This document shows positions 40,840-53,314 of a DNA stretch of 64,000 bases, piece after piece. The notes beneath the pieces are model-generated. The model ran no database searches. It was not told where the DNA came from and worked only from the letters and a program-made list of their open reading frames with translations. Location: positions 62,384,464 to 62,448,463 of the forward strand of contig NC_043011.1 in assembly GCF_006345805.1 (NCBI RefSeq). The letters are read 5' to 3'. The DNA is from Octopus sinensis (lineage: Eukaryota). How positions within the stretch are numbered: the first letter of the stretch is position 1; each line of letters opens with the position of its first letter. Both the position numbers and the translations under genes were made by a program.

Positions 40840-41035
40840 TCTCTCTCTACCTAAACTCTCTCTCTTTCTCTCTCTACCTAAACTCTCTCTCTTTTTCTCT
40901 CTACCTAAACTCTCACCCTTTCTCTCTCTACCTAAACCATCTCTCTCTTTTTCTCTCTACCTAAACTCTCTCCCTTTCTCTCTCTACCTAAACTCTCTCC
41001 CTTTCTCTCTCTACCTAAACCATCTCTCTCTTTCC
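40840..41035. repeat. 27-bp minisatellite, 7 copies (ctctctctacctaaactctctctcttt)
   Basis: ctacctaaac occurs at 40847, 40874, 40901, 40928, 40957, 40984 and 41011. Confidence 0.9.
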
Positions 41036-42079
41036 CTTCACTCTCGCTCTCATTATTTCTATTCCTTTAATACATTCTTGGAACTGATCAGGGCTGACAT
41101 GCGGTCATTTTGAAACGAATAAATAAACGAATTCATAAGCAAATGAAAGCAGATGGAATTAAATCAACAGGAAACGATCTTTGTATTTTCTTACGATAAT
41201 TCTCTGGCAAGAAGATAGCGCTTGTTTAGGAAATCTCTGGGGGGAGGGGGTTCTTCTCTGCTATGAAGGTACGAAGAAAGAGTGGCACAAGGAATGGATA
41301 TAAAAAAAAGTTATTTGATCTTCTCGGAGAATAAAGCAAAGAATATAAAAACGAACAACAAAAGACATCTGCAAAAACTTTTAAAAAAAACATGCTAGTG
41401 GTGTTGAGTTGATCGTATATTGTAGTTTTAGTTATACAAACTTATCCATTCCTTTCTCGTATTTGCAGAAGAATTTAGACGTGACAGAATAAACCACTAA
41501 CATACAAACAGGTTGCTCGAAGGTGAAGACAGCATCGCATGGCTTGAGTTGTATTTGTGGCGGCTGTTTTCTTATTTTGTCATCTTCATTGAGGCGGAGA
41601 TTGTTCATGTTGTTGTTGTTGTTGTTGTTGTCGTTCAAACAGCAAGTAAGATCTGAATGAGTAGAATTACCAATAATATTCCAACTTTCAGAATCCCTTG
41701 TATTTTGCTCTATAATTGTTTCTTTCTTTTAAAAAAAAACAAACAAAAAGATCGCACGGTCGACCGATTACGAAGAGGCTCCGTCGTGATTCTTTCCCCG
41801 TCTACATCTTTGTCAGGAAACTTCTTTTCTCAATCATCACTTTCTCTGTCACCATACATACATACATACATACATACATACACAAGATACATATATGTAT
41901 ATATTTATATGAGTGTATAAATATGTATGTACATATATATCAATAATAAATCTCTGGGTGAGACAAATACTGATAGGGCACAGAAAGGGTGTCAATAGCC
42001 AGCTGGATGAGGTGTCCTCCTGGGGCTACAAGCTACAGTAGCATCCACCCTTAAATATACTGCACTGTGTATATATCAA

Positions 42080-42157
<78 letters not shown>

Positions 42158-42240
42158 GCTATTATCTATCTATTTATCTATCTTGATTAATATATATATA
42201 TATATATATATAGTATATATATATGTGTAAATAAATAAAG

Positions 42241-42272
<32 letters not shown>

Positions 42273-42442
42273 TTACTAATACATCTGTGTTTTGTACACC
42301 ACCTGTCATCGTCTTTTGTTTTTTTCGTAAACTCTCCCTACATATATATTTACATATATATATGTATATATATATATATATGTAAATATATATACTTATG
42401 TATATATCTATATCTATCTATATATATATCTTTATATATATA

Positions 42443-42837
42443 CTAGCAGTATCGCCCGGCGTTGCTCGGGTTTGTAAGGGAAATAATTATATAAGCATTT
42501 TTAGAGATGTAAAGTATAATAGCCATCTCAATATGGCTAACCACAAAGGGGGAGGGGTGTTACTGTAGCTTTTTACGTTCTGAGATTTAATAATAAATTT
42601 TAGAGAGTTACTTCCCTTATATATGTCAAAAATGGATTAAAAATGGGAGAAAATTGATGGTAAACTTTTTTTTAAATCGTAGACTCATCGTAGACGCGCG
42701 CTAATACCCAGACGGTCTCAATATGAATCACGACTATAAGATACCCGTTTTGGTTAAACTGCACCGCAAAATGTGGGAGTAGTTAGGAATCTAAATCGTA
42801 GGAGACAGACACACAACCTCACTTTTATATATAAAGA
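42443..42837 (-). mobile_element. Non-autonomous Helitron (~395 bp)
   Basis: Minus strand reads A|TC(tttatatataaaag)...cccg-agcaacgc-cggg hairpin...CTAG|T: canonical Helitron termini and A/T target, no TSD. Confidence 0.8.
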
Positions 42838-43599
42838 TTTCCCCTATTTACATAATATTGAGGTCTCTTTCTTTCTTTTGTATCTTACTGTTTTTACCAA
42901 TATACATATATATATATATAAATATTATATATAGTTACAGAGATGTACTTGCATAGCAAGTGACTTGATCTGAGATCGTGTGCTGGAACGAAAACAGTTG
43001 CAGCGTTGAAGGTGTATAAGCCATTTAAGAAACACACAAAAACCGTTAGATTCACTTCAACATTAAATTTATTTGTCAAAATATTTCGTCTTTGCGCTTG
43101 AGACGCGACCTGTTAGCACGATATTTTTGTCAGTGAACAGGTCGCGGTTTCAAAGCGACGAAAATATTTTGGCAAATTAAATTTAAATGTTGAAGAAGTG
43201 AATGTAACGGTTTTTGTGTGTTCTTAAATGGCTTACAAACACCTTCCACGCTGCAATATATATATACACACATATATATATATGTATGATGTATGTATGT
43301 GTGTATATGTGTATGCATGTATGTGTGTGTGTGTGCGTGTCTGTGCTTGTGATTGTCCTCCACCACTGCTTGACAACGAATGTTGGTTTGTTTACATCCC
43401 TTCACCTAGTGGTTTGACAAAGGAAACAGATAGAATAAGTACAATGCTTACAAAAATAAAACTGGAGTTTATTCATTAAACTACAATTCTTCAAGGCATT
43501 GCCCCAGCATGGCTACAGACCAATGGCTGGAAAAAGCAGAAGAATAAAAGAATACATTCTCTGCTTTGGTCTTATGTTCAAGGCATGAGAAAGCTTGAG

Positions 43600-43880
43600 T
43601 TTACATGAGAAGGCCTAACAGACCTGGTAGAACAGCAGCCAAATCTCCCTCAAATCACACCTTACTGTCTTATGTATGATATATATATATGAGCCAATGA
43701 GGGGGACCTCTACATGGTAGCTAGACCTGGTAGAAATAGCAGCCAAATTTCCCCCAAATCACACCTTACTGTCTTATCTATGTATATATGTATGAGCCTA
43801 TGAGGGAGACCCCTACATGGCAGCTAGACATGGTAGAAATAGCAGCCAAATTCCTCAAATCACACCTTACTGTCTTATCT
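43600..43880. repeat. Three tandem copies of a 103-bp unit
   Basis: agacctggtagaaatagcagccaaat...caaatcacaccttactgtcttat starts at 43620, 43723 and 43826. Confidence 0.9.
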
Positions 43881-44410
43881 TTCTGCTACTTGGATATAGG
43901 TCTTATATTCATCGTAAAAAACTTTCCTGTCACACACTCACGCACACGCACACACACACACACACACACACGCACCCTCACACACAGACACGCACACAAC
44001 ACACACACACCCACACTCACACACACGCACGTTAGCTACAATTTTATTATATATTTGCGTGTCTATGTGTGGAAAGAGGAAGTGGGAGGCAGAGTGAAAG
44101 AATCACTCACTACAGTAAGTGAATTAGTTTCATTTTATTCGTTGCCCAACTGTGTGTGTGCGTTTGCGTGTGGTGTAAACCAGACTAAGAAAAGCATTTG
44201 ACACACACACCAGAATGTGAGTTTTCTGTAAATTTTGCTTAATTGGAGTTTAAATTTGAAAACTGGACCTGGCATGACGCGATGCATTGTACCATCAAAA
44301 ATGCTAGGTAAATTGTAATTGAAGAAATCCTATATTGTAGATTTCTATAACTCCCAAAGGGAGGCAGATAAATCTGCCTTTTATAATAAGATATATATTA
44401 TATATATATC

Positions 44411-44455
<45 letters not shown>

Positions 44456-44805
44456 GTGTGTGTGTGTGTTGTGATGTGTTCTGTGTTGTATACCACAGAC
44501 ATATATATATATATATATATATAATAACTTTCTGTATCCTGTGTTTTCTTTGGGTTCAGCCACTCCACTGATGCTGTCGATAATCTGCACAATGCGGATA
44601 CACATTCATATTGACCACTTCACATTTTTTCTTTATCTGTTCTGCTAAACGCTGATGAGGTGTATTAGTAAGGTTGCATAATCTTTTCCAACGAGGCAAT
44701 TACAGACTCCTGGCAGTCGATTTACGCGAACGCATATTTGTTTTATGAAGCAGAAAATACCCAATACTTTATATGCATCTTCTTAATCACTCACTCTCTC
44801 TCTCT

Positions 44806-44860
<55 letters not shown>

Positions 44861-44891
44861 TATATATAATATATAGTATGATATATTATAT

Positions 44892-44937
<46 letters not shown>

Positions 44938-46057
44938 GCCTGCTCTCGCTTAGCCAGTGGGGTGGAGTTATTTGAAGGCTAAAACAATGTAAAGCGCATT
45001 GTGACTAGTGATGTGTAGCAACATCTGATAGCCTGGTCGGTTACGGTGATATATATATATATATTGAGAGAGTGAGAGAGAGAGAGGGGGAGGGAGTTAA
45101 GGAATTCCAGCTAACGTATTGGGTGTTTTATTGGCTAAGTAAAGGAGGGCGAATTAATGTGGAGTGGATTACACTGTGTTAGAGATGTAAAAGAGTAATA
45201 CAGAAGAGCCATCGATACGATATAAACCCTTATGTAAAAATAGAATTCCTGTATGTATCTGGTGTAATAGGTAAAAGCAACTTAATTCTCTTACTTTCAC
45301 CGACGCTATACATCAAAGGAAAAATTACCATTTTCTAAAAATTCACTGATTTTTGTGAAAGGATAAATACAGAATTCCACTTATTTGCGTTTATTTCAGT
45401 TTCTGATTCATTAATGCTGATGTGAATTTTAGCCAACTTTAATGTTTTTTGAAGTAATTGTTTAGTAATCGAAAGCAAATAATACACGACATCAATGAGT
45501 AAATCTAATGGGTTGCTTGTTTCTGATTTTATTGCGCTTCTCTACGAGCAACATATCGTACTTCCACATGGCTAAAGTGGAAATTTCGTGATAATTTTAA
45601 CTTATCATGTTAACAATATCTAGTTGACTTTTCGGAAGTGTTAAAGAATCTTTCAGATAATCATTCAAGAAATTAACCTTGTGATCGTTAAAAGTGATGT
45701 ATGGTTCACGTAGTGTTAACCTTTTGACATATCCGTCAGTATTTAAATTGTTTGCAATCTCATGTTTCTCAACGACAGAATAATATAATATGCTCGCCAT
45801 CGACAGACAGGGCGATGGTTTTAGCTTCCTCACCTAATCATGTGTTTTGTTTTTAATCTGTCGGACGTAGAGAGACAACAAGAAAACGCCAATGAAAGAT
45901 TCTGTTTACTCACCGGTCTTTATTCTTGAGATTTTAAAAAATTTCTGATATTATAATAAAGTGTCTCAAATGATGTTATAAGAATATATGACACCAGTAG
46001 TAATACTGCGTGCATATATACTTGTGTACATGCACACATGCATTATATATATACGTA

Positions 46058-46428
46058 GAGGCGCAATGGCCCAGCTGTTAGGGCAGCGGACTCACTGTCA
46101 TTGGATCGCGGTTTCGATTCCCAGACCGGGCGTTGTTAGTGTTTATTAAGCGGAAGCTCCTAAAGCTCCACGAGGCTGCAACAGGGGCTGGTGGTGAACC
46201 CTGCTGAACTCTTTCACTACAGATTTCTCTCGTTCTTTATTCCTGTTTCGGTTGTACTTGTATTTCAAAGGGCCAGCCTTGTCACACACTGTGTCACGCT
46301 GAATCTCTTCGAGAACTACGTTAACGGTACGCGTGTCTGTGGAGACCTCATTCACTCGCAAGTCAATTTCACGAGCAGGCTGTTCCGTTGATCCGATCAA
46401 ATCCTCGTCGTCGTTACCGACGGAGTGC
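46058..46428 (+). mobile_element. SINE family C, full-length
   Basis: tRNA-like head gaggcgcaatggcccag...ggtttcgattccc; the 3' part matches 53640-53800. Confidence 0.8.
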
Positions 46429-46431
46429 CGA

Positions 46432-46463
<32 letters not shown>

Positions 46464-46534
46464 GTGTGTGTGCGTGTGTGTGCGCGTATGTATGAATAGA
46501 CAGGTACATACATATAGGAAAAGTACTGAGAAAA

Positions 46535-46908
46535 AGTCATTTCATTGCGGCCATGCTGGAGCATTGGCTTTAGTCGAACGAATCGAGCCAAGACTTATTC
46601 TTTGTAAGCCTAGTACTTATTCTATCGGTATCTTTTACCGAACCGCTAAGTTACATGGACGTAAAAGCAACATCTGTTGCCAAACGATGATGGGAGGACA
46701 AATACAGAGACACAGACACACACACACACATATATATACATATACACGACGGGCTTCTTTCAGTTTCCGTCTACCAAATCCATTCAAAAGGCTTTGGTCG
46801 ACCCGAGGCTATAGTAGAAGACAATTGCCCCATATGCCACACAGTGTGACTGAACCCGGAACCATGTGGCTGGTGAGCAAGCTATTTAACACACAGCCAC
46901 TGCTGCGC
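46535..46908 (-). mobile_element. SINE family A
   Basis: Same body as 34307-34690. Confidence 0.85.
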
Positions 46909-46937
46909 CTCTCTCACTCACTCTCTCTCTCTTTCCT

Positions 46938-46992
<55 letters not shown>

Positions 46993-47363
46993 ATATACAT
47001 ATATATAGTAAATGGAAGATGGAATATACAATAATGTATTATTAATCCTGACAATTGTGGGACACTCAACAACTGGCTTAGGAGCATCTGTCGGTGCAGA
47101 TGTGTCTCATCGGGGGATAAATAGACACAACTCGTTAAAATAACAGTTTCGCAACGTAGCTTCTTGTTTTGTAGAAACAAAAGCATCAAAACGAACGAAA
47201 TAACTTCATTTACATAAAAGTTCAAAAATAAAATTACAGATGCAAAAAATAAAAGAAAAAGGAAAAGGAAATGCAACAAGAAAATATAAAAGTTTAATAT
47301 TTTAAACCAAGTGTAGAATAATTGCATAATATGTATTATTGTAAGTATGAATAATTAAATATA

Positions 47364-47582
47364 TATTTCTTTACTGCCCACAAAAAGCTAAACGCAGAGG
47401 GGACAAACAAGGACAGACAAAGGGATTAAGTCGATTATATCTACTCCAGGGCGAAACCGGTACTTTATTTATCGACCCCGAAACGATGAAGGGCAAAGTC
47501 GACCTCGTCGGAATTTGAACTCAGACGAAATACGGCTACGCATTTCGCCCGGCGTGCTAACGTTTCTGCCAGCTCGCCGCCT
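47364..47582 (-). mobile_element. SINE family B (upstream of exon 3)
   Basis: Matches 12903-13133. Confidence 0.85.
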
Positions 47583-47900
47583 TCAAATATGAATAATTAA
47601 ATTTAACGATACATTTCCTCAGAATAAATGTTTTTGTTCATCAGAAATTATAAGTATTCTTTGGTATAAGTATTCTTTAGGTGAGTTTGACATATAATTT
47701 ATATAAACATTTAAACAAAAATACGAAAGGTAGAAGTGAACAAGGAAGGAATAAGTCGCATGTTGCATTGAATTTCTTGGTGTAGAAATAGGTTTTAGTA
47801 TATGCATCTATGCATATATATATATGAACACAATTATATATATACACACACTCTTATATATTGTCTTATAATATTTTGTTTGTTTTATCCTCTGTTACAG

Positions 47901-48013
47901 AATGTCCACTTTTATCAATGGCCGGAAATTGCCAGTTTGCCGATATGTTGAAGATACCTTTCAGTTCTGTCACTCGAGATCTTTGCAACCGACACGCAAT
48001 GTGTTATAACTGC
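47901..48013 (+). CDS. Coding exon 3: N-half of the PLA2-like domain, (E)CPLLSMAGNCQFADMLKIPFSSVTRDLCNRHAMCYNC
   Basis: Acceptor tttgttttatcctctgttacag|, donor TGC|gtaagt (consensus). CxxHxxCYxC motif matches the conodipine/sPLA2 active-site helix (CDRHDTCYHC type). Confidence 0.85.
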
Positions 48014-48258
48014 GTAAGTAGTCACCGAAGCCACACCCACTCCACCCTAACCATTGCATTGCATATTTAATTAATTTCCATTAATTGAAATTTCTCTGTT
48101 GTCTCATATCATCTCTTACATTTTCTGTTTGTTCGCCCGTTTCTCTCTTTGTCTCTGATCTTGTAAAGCTTCTTAGCATTTCCACTGGCCACAACAAGTC
48201 CACACATTCTATATTCAAACAGGCCAGGTTCGGCCTCTCACACATTCTGTGCAATACC

Positions 48259-48490
48259 TATTTCTTTACTACCCACAAGGGGCTGCACACAGAGGGGAAA
48301 AACAAGGACAGACAAACGGATCAAGTCGATTACATCGACCCCAGTGCGCAACTGGTACTCAATTAATCGACTCCGAAAGGATGAAAGGCAAAGTCGAATT
48401 CGGCGGGATTTGAACTCAGAACGTAACAGCAGACAATATACGGCTACGCATTTCGCCCGGCGTGCTAACGATTCTGCCAGCTCGCAGCCT
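48259..48490 (-). mobile_element. SINE family B (downstream of exon 3)
   Basis: Matches 12903-13133. Confidence 0.85.
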
Positions 48491-48941
48491 TTCTATATCA
48501 TTCTATAAATAAACAGTGATATAACCCCGAGATAATGCGTGGTTAATTGAAAACTTTGAAAAAGTATTGCATTTGACGCAGTAAGAATACTTGAGGGTTA
48601 AAATGTTTAGGGAAACAGGCAGCATGGAAACATAACAGCCAAGACTATTCTAGCATCTTTTATGAACTAATCTAAGAAAATTTAAATGATATAACACTGC
48701 TATGTTGAAAACAATTATTAACTAAATTACGCATCCTAGTAAGATAAACCAAGGGAGACAACTCTAAAGCCATCCCTTAAAGGCAACCTATATTTTAGTT
48801 AATTTCATTAAAGCAAACATTCTAATTACCTCCCTAACTTCTTTTGAACAGAATTAGTTGATTTAGCATTCACAAAATGATGGTTGTCATCACTAGTTGT
48901 GTAATTATAATTTGGTAAAAATTCTTTGGTATATTGCATCT

Positions 48942-49053
48942 TGCGGGTTCAGTCCCACTGTGTGGCACCTTGGGCAAGTGTATTCTACTATAGCCTCGGG
49001 CCGACCAAAGCCTTGTGAGTCGATGTGGTAGACGGAAACTGAAAGAAGCCTGT

Positions 49054-49115
<62 letters not shown>

Positions 49116-49335
49116 CTTGTGTGTATGCTTGTGTGTCTGTGTTTGTCCCTCCAACATCGCTTGACAACCGATGCTGGTGTGCTTACGTCTCCGTAAACTA
49201 GCGGTTCGACAAAAGAGACCGATAGAATAAGTACTAGGCTTACAAAGAATAAGTTCTGGGGCGATTTGCTCGACAAAAAGGCGGTGCTCCAGCATGGCCG
49301 CAGTCAAATGACTGAAACAAGTAAAAGAATAAAAG
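48942..49335 (+). mobile_element. SINE family A (head truncated)
   Basis: Matches 28760-29152. Confidence 0.85.
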
Positions 49336-49705
49336 GAAAACTCCATTTTGTTATTCAGTTCCGCGCTTGCCGCCGTTTATCCCTCTGACCAAAGGCATTC
49401 CATCCTTTCTGCTTCCCAGACAATATATCTAGGAGTACATTATCCAATGTATACTTAATCGTTTTTAAAAGGATGGCGACGTGTAGAATAATGAAGACGT
49501 GGCTTCTAGGATCGTATATTCTTGTAGGTTAGGAGAGCTTTAGATGTCCACAAAACGATTAGTATATCACCATCACGATGCGAACGTTGGATAACGTTGG
49601 CAGAATTCACCCTTATTTATTTACTTCAAAGTTTTTAAGCGCTCATTTCCAGTTATCTGGCATCCTTTCCATCGAAGAAGGCTCTGATGTTATTGTATCA
49701 TTACA

Positions 49706-50140
49706 AGGCGGCGAGCTGGCAGAAACGTTGGTACGCCGGGGGAAATATTTAGTGGTATTTCGTCTGTTTTTACGTTCAGAGTTCACCGAGGTTGATTTCA
49801 CCTTGCGTCCTTTCGGAATCGATAAAATAAGTACCAGTCGAGCACTGGATTCGATGAAATCGACTATGCCTTTCTCCGAAGTTAGTGGCTCAGTGACAAA
49901 ATTTGAAATCAATATTGGTTTAATTCTGAGGCAGCGAGCTAGCAGAAACGTTAGCGCGCCGGGCGAAATGCTTAGCGGTATTTCGTCTGTCTTTTCGTTC
50001 TGAGTTCAAATTCCGCCGAGGTCGACTTCACATTTCATCCTTTCTGGGTCGATGAATTAAGTACCAGTTACGCACTGGAATCGATCTAAACGATTGGTTA
50101 ATTCCTCCAAAATTTCGGCTTAGTGCCTGAAGTAGAAAAG
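49706..50140 (+). mobile_element. Two tandem SINE family B copies
   Basis: Heads ggcggcgagctggcagaaacgtt (49706) and ggcagcgagctagcagaaacgtt (49929). Confidence 0.85.
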
Positions 50141-50316
50141 GTTATTGCAAGACCGATTGTAAGTGATGAGTGCTTCTTCCGCGAGTTCTCTATCCGTGCT
50201 TGGGTTTCCATTCGAATATAAGTCCCTTCATATTGTCCGTCAGTCTCAAAAGCACTGAAAAGTAAAGGGCTGTCGGCACTACCCCTCCCTATTTAACTAA
50301 GTGATATAAAAAGCGT

Positions 50317-50955
<639 letters not shown>

Positions 50956-51224
50956 AAAAAAAATGTAAAACGTGAGTTACTGAGCAGTCCTAGCAATAAA
51001 AGGCGTTCCGCTCGACAATATTCCGACTTTTGTATACCTAAGACTTCATTGTCCAATGTCTTCACCTGTCTTCACGACGGCTGTTACGTGATTTGGAGGA
51101 AACAGGAAAACCTACACATTAAGAAAATGTTAAATTAGGAAATTAAGATAATTAAAATTAACGAATCTTTAATGTAAAATTCAGGTTTAGAAATTTAACA
51201 TTTATAGACTGGAATTTAGAGTTT

Positions 51225-51623
51225 TCCTTTCATTCATTTACTTGTTTCAGTCATTTGACTGCGGCTATGCTGGAGCACCGCCTTTAGTCGAGCAAATAGA
51301 CCCAGGACTTATTTTTTGTAAGCCTAGTATTTATTCTATCAGTCTCTCTTCGAGAACTGCTAAGTGATGGGGACGTAAACATACCAGCATCGCTTGTCAA
51401 GCAGTGTTGGGTGGGGGGAACAAACACAGACACACAAACATACACACACACACACATATATATACGACGGGCTTCTTTCCGTTTCCGTCTACCAAATCCA
51501 CTCACAAGGCTTTGGTTGGCCTGAGGCTATAGTAGAAGACACTTGCCCAAGGTTCCACGCAGTGGGACTGAACACGGAACCATGTGGTTGGTAAACAAGC
51601 TACATACACCACTTCTGCGCCTA
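51225..51623 (-). mobile_element. SINE family A
   Basis: Same body as 34307-34690. Confidence 0.85.
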
Positions 51624-51824
51624 TAAAATTTTATAAAATTTGGGGCAAGAATTCTAGACTAGAATTTTGCGATCAAGTTGAGGATTTTGCGATGAAGTTT
51701 TTGTCTTAGAATGGTTTTTGTTTCCACTAATTTGCTGCGCCAAAACAATCGTTCAGTGTCTGTTGTTTTTTTGCATCGATCTATCGCCACTCATTTTTGT
51801 TTTTATGCTATTTATATATTACAG

Positions 51825-52025
51825 GGTTCTTCAATGCGGTTAGGACCAACAGTGTGTGACCGAGGCTTCCTTGCCGATTCAATTAAATCTTGCGACAACA
51901 ATATTGAGTGCATGCGGGAAGCGAACACATTCCTCAGTTTGATGAAAGTAGCTCACAAGTACAACAGCACGCCGAACCGCCTTTGCGAACGACCGTGCGT
52001 ACGTGACTACGTGATCGGCCTGTGA
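51825..52025 (+). CDS. Coding exon 4 (terminal): GSSMRLGPTVCDRGFLADSIKSCDNNIECMREANTFLSLMKVAHKYNSTPNRLCERPCVRDYVIGL*
   Basis: Acceptor tttatatattacag|GGT, phase 0, in frame with exon 3. CDxxF-(x)7-C spacing plus the C-terminal C..C pair resembles conodipine alpha/beta chain Cys spacing as I recall it. Confidence 0.85.
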   Translation, partial: GSSMRLGPTVCDRGFLADSIKSCDNNIECMREANTFLSLMKVAHKYNSTPNRLCERPCVRDYVIGL

Positions 52026-52229
52026 TACGACGACGACGACGATGACCACAACAAGAACAAGAACAACAACTACAATAATATTAGCAATATCAGCAACAGC
52101 AACAACAACAACAACACAAACAATGCCAATCAGTGCAACAACTACAGCGAGAACCAGACAAGAGAACCAAACAGCAACAACAACAATGTAAAGCGCAACA
52201 ACAGCAACAAAAACAAGCACAGCAGCAGC

Positions 52230-52270
<41 letters not shown>

Positions 52271-53183
52271 AATTAACAGCAGCAGCAGCAGCAATGACAA
52301 CAGCATGACGGCAAGGTCCGTCTGCCAAGGAAGATGCTACTACGGTCACCCCGAATATCTAACTGCTCCGACCCTTCACCATTACCACCACGTGACCAAA
52401 GATAGACCACGTGAGCAAACACATACACCATGTGACCAAATTTGAACAGCAAAATTGAATCGATGCCATTCTGATCCTGATTTACGTAAAACTGAAAGAA
52501 AGAATTTGTTTAGGGAACTGTGATATTGTTTGGAGAGAGAGAGAGAGAGAGACAGACAGACGTTTATGGAATGTAGAGTTATGTGAAGGTGTTAGACACA
52601 CATACAGGAGTGGAACGACCACTACCGGCCACTACCACCAATACTATAACCACCACCACCACCACCACCAGCACTACTACTACTACTACTATTAGAAACA
52701 ACACAAACACTACTAGTAACACTGCTACCATTGCTACCACTAATGCCACAACCACTGTAAATACTAATGCCACTACCACTACTACTACCACCACCACCAC
52801 ACCACCATCATCACCACTACTACTACTACTACTACTACTACAAAACCACCACCACAATACTACTACTAATACTGTCAAAAACACAACTACAACTACCAAC
52901 GTCAAAACCACTGTTATAACTGCTACCACCAACATGACAATCACCACTACTACAATTGCTACACCTCCTATCACCACTTCTCCCAATACTGTAGCTACCA
53001 TTGCCTCTACTATGAACTTCCCGACTACTATCACTAGCACTAACACCATGGCCATCACCACTAAACAGACCCCTTCAGCTACCAAAATTACTACAACGAC
53101 ACAACTACCACCACCACCACCACACCACCACCACCACCATCACCACAACAATAACAACAAAAGCAACAACAGCAACAACAACA

Positions 53184-53214
<31 letters not shown>

Positions 53215-53259
53215 ATATTACTACTACTACTATTACTGCTACTACTACTATTACTGCTG

Positions 53260-53314
<55 letters not shown>

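Noticed and set aside
41469-41500. Strong acceptor (tccattcctttctcgtatttgcag) in the large intron
   Set aside because: All frames stop within 11 codons. Only a 12-nt microexon with a weak gtgaca donor would fit, which is unsupported.
45597-45833. 78-aa non-repetitive minus-strand ORF
   Set aside because: No recognisable motif or splice context; length is compatible with chance.
52583-53215. Thr-rich mucin-like 210-aa ORF
   Set aside because: Lies in a degenerate ACT/ACC microsatellite tract downstream of the stop codon; composition shifts with slippage frame changes.
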